Part shown: in pieces, positions 1-12,479 of the stretch
Layout: each line of letters begins with the position of its first letter
How positions within the stretch are numbered: position 1 is the stretch's first letter
Source of the DNA: Ginglymostoma cirratum
Lineage: Eukaryota
DNA: 64,000 bases
Reading direction: 5' to 3'
Assembly: GCA_024137785.1 (NCBI GenBank)
Contig: JAHRHZ010000058.1
Span: 20,252,534-20,316,533 of the forward strand
Position numbers and translations under genes: made by a program
Notes under the pieces: generated by a model
Told to the model about the DNA's origin: nothing
What the model saw: only the letters and a program-made list of their open reading frames with translations
Databases searched by the model: none

Positions 1-240
1 TATTCTCTCCTGCCCTCTATGCTATACCAGACTATACCTTTTGTTCTATCCCCCCCTTTTCCCCTTTCAACACTGTAAAAACCCATCATATTTAAAGCTC
101 CCTTCTGTTCTAAAGAAGACTTAAACATGACTTAAACAGTTAATTCTATTTCTCTCTCCAGAACTGCTGCCAGACCTGCTGACGATTTCCAGCACTTTGT
201 TTTTATTTCAGATCTCCAACATGCACAGTAATTTGCCTAA
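1..240 (+). mobile_element. Penelope-type terminal repeat remnant
   Basis: gctgccagacctgctg...tttccagcactttgtttttatttcaga...catgcacag is the same family as the right arm at 58587-58683. The hammerhead-like core is decayed. Confidence 0.6.
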
Positions 241-949
241 AATATTTGAATCTTTGATGTTATTTCTGCTCTCTTTGTAGAATATTGGCTTCTTTAACTT
301 TACATTTCATTGCCATCCTCATTTGTGTGTGGTTTTATTCAGGTTTTTCACCTTTTAATGGAGATTAAATGATTGGGTTTCTAGGGAGTCTCTATTTTGA
401 TACGTAATGTGTCGTGATGACATGGCACAAGCCAGATGGACAAATTGGTCTTTACCTGCATGACATTTTCATATTTTTGTTTGTTAATGTAGTCAGAGTG
501 ATTGTTCTGTTCCTGGTTGCTTTTAGGCTATTTGAGCAAACCAATTGTAACTTTTAATAAATGTAAGTCTACAGAGTCACCAAACGCTCAAGGAAAGAAA
601 CTCGCTGATGGAGCAATATATCTGTATGTGCTAAGCTAAATATAAGAAGTGCAGTCTAAATCTTTTTCAGTGGTTAACCACAGCAAAAAGTTCAGAACTA
701 GCTGGGCCACATTTGTCTGCGATTATATTGGTTTTCCAGCATTCTTGATCTGAGAACACTAGGCTCCCAGACTCCTGCCAAAAACCCATCTTCCTTTACA
801 TCGCTTTATAACATTTCCAGATGTCATAACTGCTGATATTTAAAGAGAGCTATTTAACTTAAATTTTTAAGTTCAGAATTGTTTGCAAAAAAAAATGCTT
901 GTGGGCATTGTACTCGCTGAGTTAACACTTCAGAACATAGCCCCTTTAG

Positions 950-1620
950 CTACATTTTGTGAACCAGACTGTGCACATCTTTAGTGTTCTATTTGTAGTG
1001 AGCTGAGCTTCTGATCCCATATTTCTATGACCAAAACACCAGATTTCCACTTCTGTAACTTTGTTTATCTCTGAACCTATCTTAGCCAAGCTGCTGTTGA
1101 AAAACTCATCTATGCTTTTGCCTCCAGTTGCCTCTATTCCAATGTTTTCCTTGCTGCACTCCAGAAAATATCTGTTCAATTAAACATCTTCTGTCTGTAT
1201 CCCAACTCACCCCAGGTAGATATAGGCTTCACCCCATGCTCACAATTCCTCCGTGACCTTATTCTGCTCCCCCACCCCCCCCAACTTTCCCTGTAACTTC
1301 ATCTTGCCACATTACCCTCTGAGAACTCTGTGCCTCCGATTCTGTCAACTTATGCCATTTACATTGCCAATTTAAGTCGCATTGTCCAACAGTGGACTGT
1401 GCCTTCAGTTGCCAGGCTCTAAGCTAACATCTAGAATACCTTCCTTAAACCATCCCTCTGTCTCCTCCTTTAAGAGCTGCTTTAACATCTACCACTTTGA
1501 CCAAGCTTTTTGTCACCTGTGCATCTTCTTACATGGCTTGGTGTCATATTTTGTCTAATAACACAGCTGGAAAGTGATAGCTATGGTGTTAAAGGCACTA
1601 TGTAAATGCAAAATGTTGTT
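950..1620 (+). mobile_element. L2-like LINE 3' fragment
   Basis: Decayed RT C-terminal sequence (gaaaaactcatctatgcttttg) and the tail aaaggcactatgtaaatgcaa shared with Deu-SINE tails. Confidence 0.55.
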
Positions 1621-3464
1621 TATGAATGTATTTACCTTCTCGATTTGAACTTTTAAAAGTATTTTTTCCAATTCAGTGCCAACTCAGTTTCTAATGCTGA
1701 GTCATGCCCAGCTTATGCAGGTTCCACTTGAGTTAACAAGCCCTGGGAAACAATGTAGCTTCTGTTGAACATTCTAAATTCAAGTTATGAGTGCCAAGTC
1801 TTTGTACGTTAATTGCTTGTAATGTAATTTACTAATTCTGTGTCGTCTAACCAGTTGAGTTCTAAATAAAGGTTAAAATTTGTTACTGAGAGCGGGAGGA
1901 CAGATTTGACTTATTTCTATTCTATATTTTCAATAATTGGTCATTCCTAAGCTTCTTTTGATTCTTGGTATTTTCTTCTATTTGAAATACACATGAGGTC
2001 ATGTTTTGGTTATTGGAGTAACCCATTCCATCTTCCTCACTCTCAGATTAGTTTAATTTTGGTCATTTGATCAAGTAAGACATAAGCATCCTTTTAGTTT
2101 AATATAACTCTCCTTCACTTGTAATCCTCTAATGTCTTTGGGGTTTGTGATTTCCTGACTGACCTTGGAAAATTACATTCAATAATAGCATTGCTACACA
2201 AAAATGACACTAAATTGCAGGCCAATTTGCAAGAAAAGAATACATTAACATTAAGTAGGTGGACCTTCCATCAGAACTACTGTTTCTTTCTTATAAAGAT
2301 GCTGAATGACCAGTTGTACACTTCCAGCAATTTCTATTTGATTTTAAATTTGTGACTTTTCCTTTTGCACGCAGAAGGGTACAGTACAATTTCAGAAGAA
2401 CCCTACGCGAAATGGACACACCTCAGAGAATAGTAACTAAACATTGTGCAGAAGAGAAGAAACACAGGGCAAAGCAGTTGTTTTACTTTCTTTTTCTACC
2501 TTCCTTAGCTGAAAGAGTCAACCTGTGTGTAGTGAACTGTTTCACAGGCATCAGACACCCTCCTACTGTTCACATATTGAGACTAAAGACAACCAATGCA
2601 GCAAATATTTCAGACAAACAGTTCATCAATATCTCAAAGAGGCCATCTCCTACAGACTTTAACTGTCAATGTGTGTGAAATCACTTTTAATCGTACTCAT
2701 GAGAGACCATTGAATACCACGTTGTTTATAGACTTACTTTTCAATATATCTGGTGTTGGTAGAGGGCTGACACTACTGTTCTATCCACTGAAGGAGTGGA
2801 GCACGTGTTGAACTCATTAGAACCCACAGTAACACACAATTTGTAGAACAACTCTGATCTGCCAACTCCATGGCACATGTCACCGGTATCTGTATTAGAC
2901 TGGCGGATAGATTGTAGTACTGCCTGACATTTAGCATTTTGGGAACACAGTTTGTGACTTTGTACTTTTCCTTGTCAACTAAATATTTGAGGGGGAAAAG
3001 CACCTGACTATTTCTACTAACAGGGCATTTTTAAATGGGTTATAATTTTTAATCTAAACAAATGTGTTAATCATTGATCCATCTCCTTCAGTACTCCATA
3101 TTTATTGTCTTACTAGCAGCAATTATTGATTTTTCCAATGTACTGATCCAACCTTGAGATACAAACAGTAACGAAAAACCAAGCCAGAATGTGTTGTACT
3201 GTTTAACTGCAATAATTTTGATTTGTTTGTGTGAAGCATGATGCTGTGCATAGCTTTATTTCCATCAGAGATCTCTACCACAGAGCTAAATAAACCATGT
3301 CACTCTGCAAAGCCCAAGTCGCTAATCTCTGCTCACTGCACAGTTAAATTTACCTAAAGTTTCATTTAATCAAATGCTATAATTCACCTTTCTTCTTTTC
3401 CTGCAAGTTTTCTCATTTCTTTTCCTGCAAATGTTGACTCTTCTAAACTTATTGTGTCATTAAG

Positions 3465-4090
3465 TGATACAGGATGGAAACAGACCCTTTAGTCCAACTA
3501 GTCCACACCGACCATGTTCCCAAACTAAACTAGTCTATTTGCCTGCATTCAGCCCATATCCATCCAAACCTTTCCTATTCATATCCAAATGTCTTTTAAA
3601 TGTTGTAACTGTGCCTGCATCCACCACTTCCTCTGGCAGTTCATTTTACATATGAACCACTCTGCAGAAAACATTGCCCCTCATGTCTGTTTAAATCTTC
3701 CTCCTCTCCCCTTAAATATATCCCCCCCTAGTTTTGAAACATCCCACCCTGGGGAAATGACCCTTGCTATTCACCTTCTCTATGACCCCTCACAATTTTG
3801 TGAATCTCTATAAGGTCACCCCTCAACCTCCTACACTCCAGTGAAAAAAGTCTTAGCCTATCCAGCCTATCTTTATAACTCAAACCTTGCATTCCCAGCA
3901 AAATGCTGGTAAAACTTTTCCAAACCCTCTCCACTATAAAGCAGGTCAACCAGAACAGAACACAGTACTCCAGAAGAGGCCGCACCAAAGTCCTATATAA
4001 CTTCAACATGAGGTCCCACCTCCTAAAGTCAAAGGTTTGAGCAATGAAGGCAAGCATGCTAAATGCTTTTTTAACGACCTTGTCTACGAT
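3465..4090 (-). mobile_element. CR1-clade (HER1-like) LINE 3' fragment
   Basis: ORF 3767-4153 has LKLYRTLVRPLLEYCVLFW...LSYKDRLDRLRLFSLECRRLRGDLIE, a typical CR1 ORF2 C-terminus. Confidence 0.9.
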
Positions 4091-4239
4091 TTGATCTCTT
4101 GCTTCACCCAACTGGCCATGTGCGTGAACCTTGACAGTGAATGCCAATGACATATTTGATCACAAGTTGCAACATATTTGAGCATTGTTTGAGCTTATTA
4201 ACTTCAACTAAAAGATTCTGCTAAACAATCAGGAGTACA

Positions 4240-4340
4240 ATCTATGACAGATCATCAATCTGAAACATTAACTCTGTTTCTGTTTTCTCATCTGTTTTCA
4301 CAGATGCTGCCTGATTACTTCCAGCACTGTCTTTTTATTA
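4240..4340 (+). repeat. Penelope-type terminal repeat remnant
   Basis: ctgaaacattaactctgtttc...cacagatgctgcctga...ttccagcactg. Similar short remnants lie at about 2265-2345, 16915-17035, 47955-48060 and 28013-28035. Confidence 0.55.
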
Positions 4341-4967
4341 ATGGAAATACTTTGGTTATCTTGTCTTCCAAACCTAGCTGTGCCAAGGTTAATTGCAGCA
4401 CTATCACCCCAGCTGAGATCAGCTAGTGCAGAATAAATTGAGGAATAATGAATACATTTTGGCAAAGGTATTGAAAAAGCTCTCTTCTGTTCTTCAAATA
4501 GTGTCCGGGATTTTTGTTTCGTTCACAGTAGCTTATCATCACAACTGAAAGATGAATAATACAAAGAAATTCAGGAAAAAATATCTGTTGTATGCCTGTT
4601 GTAAAAATATGCCTGTTGTACAGCATAAAACCAGGATTAAAAGATTATGAAACAACATGATATTTCAAGAAGCAGTGATTAAGTGACACCTCAGTTTAAA
4701 TTTTACAAGTCTTTATTGTGTTCTCCAATTATTTTAAGCCACTTACTTCTGATAGTACTTTTGTTGAGTTCAAAGACAAGTTCATATGGTTATCTGAGAT
4801 CTGGAACCATGAACATTGACCTTAGTGAGATTCAGTTCTGTGTGTTCACGGTGTCACATACATCACTAAAGTGTTGGACCAGCATTTTACTGCTATGAAC
4901 ATTTTGCTACTAGTTAAGCAATTGTTGCAGTTAACCAGTGCTCACTTCAGCTTATGATGATTGACAT

Positions 4968-5719
4968 TGTTACCACTCCCTCGAAGAAACTGTTGACATT
5001 TAAAAAGCAACTCAAGCACCCAGGGATCAACTCAAGGAAGTTATATCACAAAATTCCATTTCTAAAACAATTTAATTTTACTATATAAGAAATACGCAAA
5101 GCAAACACTACAACATAAACAAACCGTCTTAGGTGTAAACCACGATTTGCACCAAAAAACACAAAACATACCCGTAAAAACTTTAAACTAAAAATCTCAA
5201 CAGAACCTTCCATTTTTCCTGAAAACCACCCCCCCCCCGCCTCCTGCCCCCCCCACCTCCTCCATAACAGTTTTGACTACTTATTAGAATCTTGAATGTT
5301 CCTTTACTTCCCAGGTTCCACAGCTCTCAGAAATTCATTTTATTTTTCCCTCAGTGTTCCAGCTATTCTCCAAGTTACGAAATCTCATGGGAACCTCCAT
5401 TAGCCTTTGGCTAAGCGATCCTTCAACACTTCTTCAAACCCTCACAACTGTGAACTTTTCAACTCAGCCCTGGTTCATTGCCCTCTTGCACAGTGTCTCC
5501 ACTTCACAAATGCCCTTGAAATTTTATAGCCTTTTTTCTTCTGATTTACAGCTGTTAGGAGACCCCCATTCTTCCTTTCGCTACCTGCTGAAATCAGGGT
5601 TTATACCCATCAGCTCAGATATTTTTAATTCCAATCTCAAAGACCTTCTAAAAAAATTCTGTCAGTAATTCCCAGAATTGAAATCTAGGTTGTACCCAAA
5701 ATTACTCATGTCTATAACA
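4968..5719 (-). mobile_element. Possible solo LTR
   Basis: TGTTA...TAACA inverted termini with flanks ACAT/ACAG (3 of 4 match). Orientation is tentative. Confidence 0.4.
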
Positions 5720-8096
5720 ACAGAAGCTAGTTGAAGTTTCTTAGATTTTCAAATTAATTAACTTATAATTTCAAAATCAAACATTTTGACACTGTAGTCC
5801 GAATTACAAGTTTTAATTTCCAATAATGTCAGGGCAGTTCATACATTTACTGCCTGCAGTTAGCCAGATAAACAAAAGTCACCATGTTTATGGCTTACGC
5901 CCTTTTATTTATGACCTAATAAGTACCTTCCATGATCTTATCTCCATCATATTTAGTGTAAAACAATGCAGGCCATGAATTAGGTGAGGAGTTCTCCATA
6001 CCTGAGTTCCTGCAAAAGACTCCACAGATGTGAAACTCACCAACGGGAGTATCGCATCATAAGATTTAGCCTGATATCTCAATATACTCAAATTAATTCA
6101 ACAAAAGTTTGACCTGAACAATTGACACTAACAGCACTCAAAGTATCCAGAAATAAATCTATGTAATTGGGAACAAGAATGGTTATATATTTTTGTTTAA
6201 AAGAATGATGGAACAAGTATTGACCATGGAGTCTGTTGTCCCTAATTGTAACAGAAACAAACACAGGAATTTGCTACTTGCATTAAATGTGTCGTGGCAG
6301 TTATATATCAGATGATGAGATCAGTAATGTATAGCAGAACTGTAGTGTTAGAAGTTGCATTACTTTGAAAGTGGAGCAGGATGTTGCAGAGCTGTCTTCA
6401 GGAACTCTTGGCTTTTCAAACCTTACTGTGAAAGCATTAATATTACACTACAAACTCCAGCTCAATTCTTAGATTTCAAATTAGAAGTGTAGCAAAATCT
6501 CCATTGTAGTGGAGTATACATGTTTTCTGGTCTTTTACTAATTATACAAGCTATTTGTTTAACAAGAGTATTTAACACAATACATTTATTCTAAACACTT
6601 CTTCTTTAAAAAATAGTATTATATTTGGGTTTAAATGGATTTATCAACTCTAAAACCTGAGTTTTAATGTAACAGAACTGTGATGAGGTATTAGTCTCCA
6701 TTCACCCTTGCCAGCTAGTGGCAAGGGTTTGACTATAGTCTTAAACCAATTTCAGTATGTTAGTACATGTGTGTTCTGCCTGAAGGCAGGCCATTTAGGA
6801 ATTGTCTCCTGATGCTTTAACTTGAGACATTTTCTTGGCAGACAATTTTTTAGCAAATAATACTGAACTGGCAATTTCATTTCTAGTAGCCGCGTGGTTG
6901 AATTGTGTGAAATTCAAATGGGATCGATTTTGGGGATAACATTGAAGAAGTGTTATTGTGTTATACCGGATCTGTGTGTGATAGCAACAGTGTGTGCAAA
7001 AATTAGAAGAGTGGTCTAATTTCAATCACGGGCATCTGCCAACTGTACTCATTAAGAATACAATTTGAAGTGAAACAGGAAATATTTTTTACACTTTCAC
7101 CAATAAGATAGTTTGTAAGTCTTCCAGATAGTGAGCAACCAATAAACAGCATGATAACTGGACTTTGATTACAGTGCTTGAGTTATTTTCTCAACTGCCG
7201 TTCAGTGTGTGATCATGTGGTGGGCCATGCATCCCAAACCCTTTAGCACCAGGCAATTGCTTTGAAGCTTTCCATTTACTGTGCTGCGTCCCGTGGTGGG
7301 AAAATTTTACACATTTGGAATTTTCTTTCTTATTTAAACCCTTCAGAAACCACACAGGAAGGGGATTTTAAAATAATAGGGAATTTATACTTGATTACCT
7401 CTGCAGACCTTCTAATGATCAGTTACAGGGCACCGATGAGGGAACGTAGACTATGCATATCCCCTCAAATTATGGGATGGCATGTGGAATAGAAGGACCT
7501 AAAGAAAAGGAGGGTTACAGAGGCAAGGGAGTGAGTAAACAGTATTCTGGTCTTCTATATTCTGGTCTTCTGTCCTAAGATTTCTTATTCTTCTGTAATG
7601 TGTAACCTTGGTGTGACTTTGTTATGTTTGTGCTTTATATGTGATGAACTTGTTCCAAAGCAGTGTCAGTGTTTTATTTATACATGGTTTAATCTGTTGG
7701 ACTATAATTAGCAGTTAGAAAGTAATTTTAACCACAAATCTTTCAGTCATGCTGTTTATGTGATGCCATTATGAATGAGTGTTTCCTCTCAATTTCTGAA
7801 TAGATATTCATGTACATTAAAGTGAGTAGGAATTGTTGTACTAACTCAGAATAATTCAGTGTTTACTTTTGAGAAAACATCCATGAGATATCAATCTCTT
7901 GTTGGATTGTTAAATTTTAAAAAGAGCAGAGTTTTAATTTTGTCAATATCAATAGTGGAACTACATTGAAACATGTGGAACTGACAGTGCAGACAAGCCA
8001 CTTAGGCCAACTGGTCCATACTGGTGTTTGTTCTCCACATACATCACACCTCAATAGCTTTCATACATTTCAAAGCTGAGTTTATTTTGTGAAATC

Positions 8097-8129
8097 TATA
8101 TATATTATATATATATATGTATATATATA
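8097..8129. repeat. (TA)n microsatellite, imperfect
   Basis: Directly visible. Confidence 0.85.
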
Positions 8130-8139
8130 ATTCCTTAAT

Positions 8140-8510
8140 CAAGGTACAGAATTAATGATCCAGAGATGCTATTTTAAATCTCAGCATGGCAACGGGAGAA
8201 TTTAAATTCAGTTAATTAAATAACTCTATAGTAAGAAAAACTGCTGTTAGTAATGGTGACCATTAAACTGCTGAATTGTTGTAATGGTTCACAACTATTC
8301 TTTAAGAAAGGAACTCTGCTATGTTTACTCAGTGTAGCTCATGTATTGCTCTAGACCCACAGCAATGTGGTTAATTCTTGCTCAGATATGGCCTAGCAGG
8401 CCACTCTGCAAGAGTGAAGAAAGCAGCTAACCATCACTTCCTCAAGGACAATTAGGAATGGACAAAAATGCTGACCTTGCTAGTGATGGTCAAATCTCAT
8501 GAATGAATAT
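8140..8510 (+). mobile_element. tRNA-derived SINE (family B), decayed
   Basis: Reverse-complement similarity to 16195-16552, with tail aggacaattaggaatggacaaaaatgctg...catgaatgaat. Confidence 0.6.
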
Positions 8511-9099
8511 TAGAAACAGGGTTATTTTTATGAGCTCAGACTTCTGATGGAACACTGAAGAACACATTTGTGAAAGTAACCCTGTAATGACTGTAAATCA
8601 GAAGTTTCAGCATGGTACATCTAACACAAATTCTTTTACATCCACAGTTGTCAGTTCCCTTGTGGTTTGTTATATAATGGATAGCAACTTGCTAATATCA
8701 ACAAACTCAATATAATTTTCACCTCCAGCTTAGATATTTTCATGTTTCAGTCTGAACCAATGTGTTATGACTGCCTAGAAATTGCTCAAGGATTTTCTGA
8801 GGAAGGTTAGATGAAATCCCAGGAGAACCAAGGTTAATTGTTAAAATTCGCCAATTGCACCATTTCACCCTGTTTCCCACCATTATTTTATTCAAGCTGT
8901 GGCAACAGATAAAAAGAACTATATTGAAATTCTTCCTCATAGTCTTTAAGCAGTGATCTAATTCAGCTTCTCTGGTTATTTCTGTTTAGCTTGTGTAGCT
9001 AGCTCACGCTCAGAATACTACATGGATCTAAAATGTTAGAGTTTAAGTTCCCATACATGGAGTGACTGGTGAATTTGCCTCATATTTCCATTCCTGATG

Positions 9100-12000
9100 C
9101 AGCTGAGATTGGTCTCAATGATTAGAAGATAAAGTAGGCAAACCCATGTTCTGCTGGTCACACAAACACATCACTGCTAAAACTTTTAAGTTTAATGTTG
9201 TGTAGGATTCACAGCTTGATAAGGCAAGACAACCCAAAAACTTGCCCCATTGGCTTAGTTGGTAACTGTGTTGCTCTGTGTGTACTAAGCCATTCAAATC
9301 ACAGATGATTTGGACTTGATTTTGATCAGGATTGGGTTGGTTGATCAAGCCAAGGTCAAACATTCTTATTTGTCCAGATTAATTCCTCTGTGCTAGGAGA
9401 GCAAAAGTGCCATTAATTGTTTCATTGGACTGTCGTGGAATGTTGGTCATTGAGTTGAAAGAACTGAATCTGGTCAGAGCGGTTTATGGCCATTCAGATA
9501 TGCTAAGCAGTCTATTAAAGATGATTTGCTAGAGTTTGCCTGAATGTGTGTGGATCCAGCTCCAAAAAGGGCACCAGTGTTTGTTCAAAAGTCTTACCCT
9601 TGAAACCAGAGAATACAACAGAGAGTTTGCTGAGGGGATGCTTTAATGCGTATCTGATGCATGGTCGGTACACTAGAACTTTTATTGACTTGAGAAATCT
9701 TTGTTGTCAGAGCTGTAACAGTTTGTAAAAGCTGTACTGACTCAGCTGATCTGCTGTTAAATCTCCTTATCAATGCAGTCTTTGAGAAAGGCACGTCCCA
9801 AGGTATATTTTCCAGAGTGTCTCTAACCATATGGAAGGTAGAATATTTGGCTGACCAGATAAAGGTTGATATAAGTTTTGTTCGACAACATTCAACAACA
9901 GTCGAGTTTCTTGTATGCAGAATTGAAGAAATCAAGAATGGCTTGCAAGCCTGCTGCAGAGAGGGCAATGGCACTGTAGACATTTGCAAACTAAATCATG
10001 TGTACCGACAATGGTTAGTTTAGGTTCAACATGGTAGCAAATGAGGTTAAAGAGTTTTCTATCTGGACAGTATTTAATATTGACATCAGAGGGCACCTGA
10101 TATTTGATAAGGTAAATAACCATGGTCAGAAAGACTGTAAATAATATGGAAATCGTCACACAGCCTTGCTTCTCCCCATTGTTATGGACCGGACCAAACC
10201 CCATTAAAATATATCAAGGAGATAGCCTAGACCCTAACTTTTATCTTATCTAAAGGCAAGTGTAAAGTGCTGTATTCCAGATGTGATGCGATTGGTTCAC
10301 TACTTGGCTTTAAGCAAAACACACTTTATTCCGACAACACAGTTAAAATTCAAACAAAAAAAAGGAGAATTGGCATAACTTTAACTCTATTGAAATACAA
10401 AATAAAAGAATATATTATTTAATTATTAGTCCTGAACTGATCCAATATAGCAGCATCCCATACATGCACCTTTGGCAAAGGCAAATTTAGCAAAATGGAT
10501 TTTCCTCGCATGCTATCTCCAGTCCAGGAAAAAGGAACACCAAAAGAAACAATCTAGCATCAGAAGGAGAACTTAAGCTTTTTGCTGCAGCAGAGAGAGA
10601 GAGAGCTATATCTATCAACTTCAACTCCAAAAACCCAACTGAAAGCAAAAATAAAACCTTAGGTCTGTGTGAGCCTGACTCCACCCACTCATGCATCTTT
10701 TACCTAATTTTTAGAAAAGCACTCAACAACCTCGAAGCTGTTTACCCACCACTTTTGAAGCAGACATGTCAATGCCATGGTGTCAGCATTCCTCTTCAAG
10801 AGAAACAGGACAGAACATTTCTTAAAAGGGATAGTGTCATCACACCAGCTAAATTTTGAAGTGCCTGTTTCAAATCTCTCTCTCAGAACATAAATCATAT
10901 TCATGACGCAATTACAAGACCATGATTCAGTTTCTTGGACATCCAAACCATTGGAGCACAATCCACAGAGCCTTACAATTGATTGAGTCTTATGTATTGG
11001 TTCAGTCAATAAATGCAATGAAGAGCTACTAGTGTTCTTGGCATTTTTCTTGGACAATATTAGAGGTTCCTGTAGAAGACCTCAGTCAAACCCTCAGGTA
11101 CAGGAAGTAAGTGATTCAGGCTAACGCATTCCAGAATTTTGTGTGCTTTGGACAAGACAAAATTTTTAAACATCCACAGCACATTCTTGAAGTTATAATT
11201 ATCAAATTTCTGAACTTCAATGGGGTTCGTTTCCCTTCCAAAGCCACAGGAAGAGTATGAAGTACACCGGCTTTGAAGACCTCAGGTGAATAACACAGAG
11301 TTCCAGGCTTTGTTGTTCATTCATTTGATTGATGGTTGCAACTCTCCCATCAATGGGGGCTCACTCATGGATTCGACCACAGGACATTGCATCATGTGCC
11401 ATAGTGGATTGAAGAATTATTCAGAATATGCTTTCTAGATAGTGGCACTGTCATCCTTAACGAGGGAAATCCATCATGTGAACAAAGAGCATTTTGAAGA
11501 TGACCTTTATGCCTTTTAAAAAGCTTCATATGTCACAATGTTCAGAATATTGTTGGATCTCTTAGGTTCTGTTTTAACATCTTATGTCCTTAATCTTCCA
11601 GATTATCTTTTGGCTTCAGCCCTGAGCTGTCAAGTTGCTTTCTTGAGTATCAACCTCTACTTTTCTGTCAGGCAATGAAGGCTGCTTGTTTTTGTTTCTG
11701 GGCATCACATATTTGAACGTAATTTTCATTGAATCTTTTCTTGTGACAATGGGATTTTAACTCAATGAGCGGGGCACAGAAGTCTAGTTATTTCATCCCA
11801 CTATCACAGAATTGAGTTGAATAAATGAAGATTTTCCTGATATTTCATGATTTGTATTTGGAATACCTCTCTTCGGTTTTTAGGTTTAAAACATTGATCC
11901 TTTTCCTTTAGGGCTCTGAAGTCTGAGTGCCTATTGGATGGTCATCTCTAATTGAACAAGTCAATGATCTGTCCAAAAAGCATCAGTCCGCTAAATGGAT

Positions 12001-12450
12001 CAACTGACACAGATATTAATTAGATCTTTAATCCAAACACTGACTTAATCTCGGAAGTGTCAGTGCTTATATCTAGGATGCCTCCATGGGTTTATTAATT
12101 AGCCCCTTCTGGCAGAAGAGGGTATTTGTTATAATGAGGGCAGGGAGTCCACTTTTCTGCCAGGAAAATGCCATTACAATTTTTACATTTTTGTTCACAC
12201 CAATTTTCCAATAGGTCTTCTCCAGCCTTCAGAGCCGTCGGTAGATTTAAAAATCACAGAAGGATGTCTTCTTTTGGGATGGTAGTTAGAATAGGACTTT
12301 TTTAACATCTTTCTCAGAGTCATTTGGTCAGGCACAAACACTGTTATTGGTGGTATCTTTATTATGGCTGGGCTGGCGATGAAAGTGTCACAAGTCTTCA
12401 TTTATACAGTTTATATGGAGATGTCTATCTATGAAATGGCAGTCGGGTTG
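9100..12450 (-). mobile_element. RTE-clade LINE fossil 1, interrupted by a solo LTR
   Basis: Minus-strand GEKQGCVTISILFTVFL...VNIKYCPDRKLFNL matches RTE RT GVKQGCVLAPTLF...YRTDGKLFNL. Also ATINQMN...PEVFKAG near 11270-11340. Ends are approximate. Confidence 0.75.
10180..10844 (-). mobile_element. Solo LTR, 665 bp
   Basis: TGTTATG...CATCACA termini, 4-bp flanks CCAT/CCAG, minus-strand AATAAA near 10325. It splits the RTE reading frame at the NG(V)KQG motif. Confidence 0.75.
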
Positions 12451-12479
12451 TTAAATACCTACCTATAATTATAGACCAT

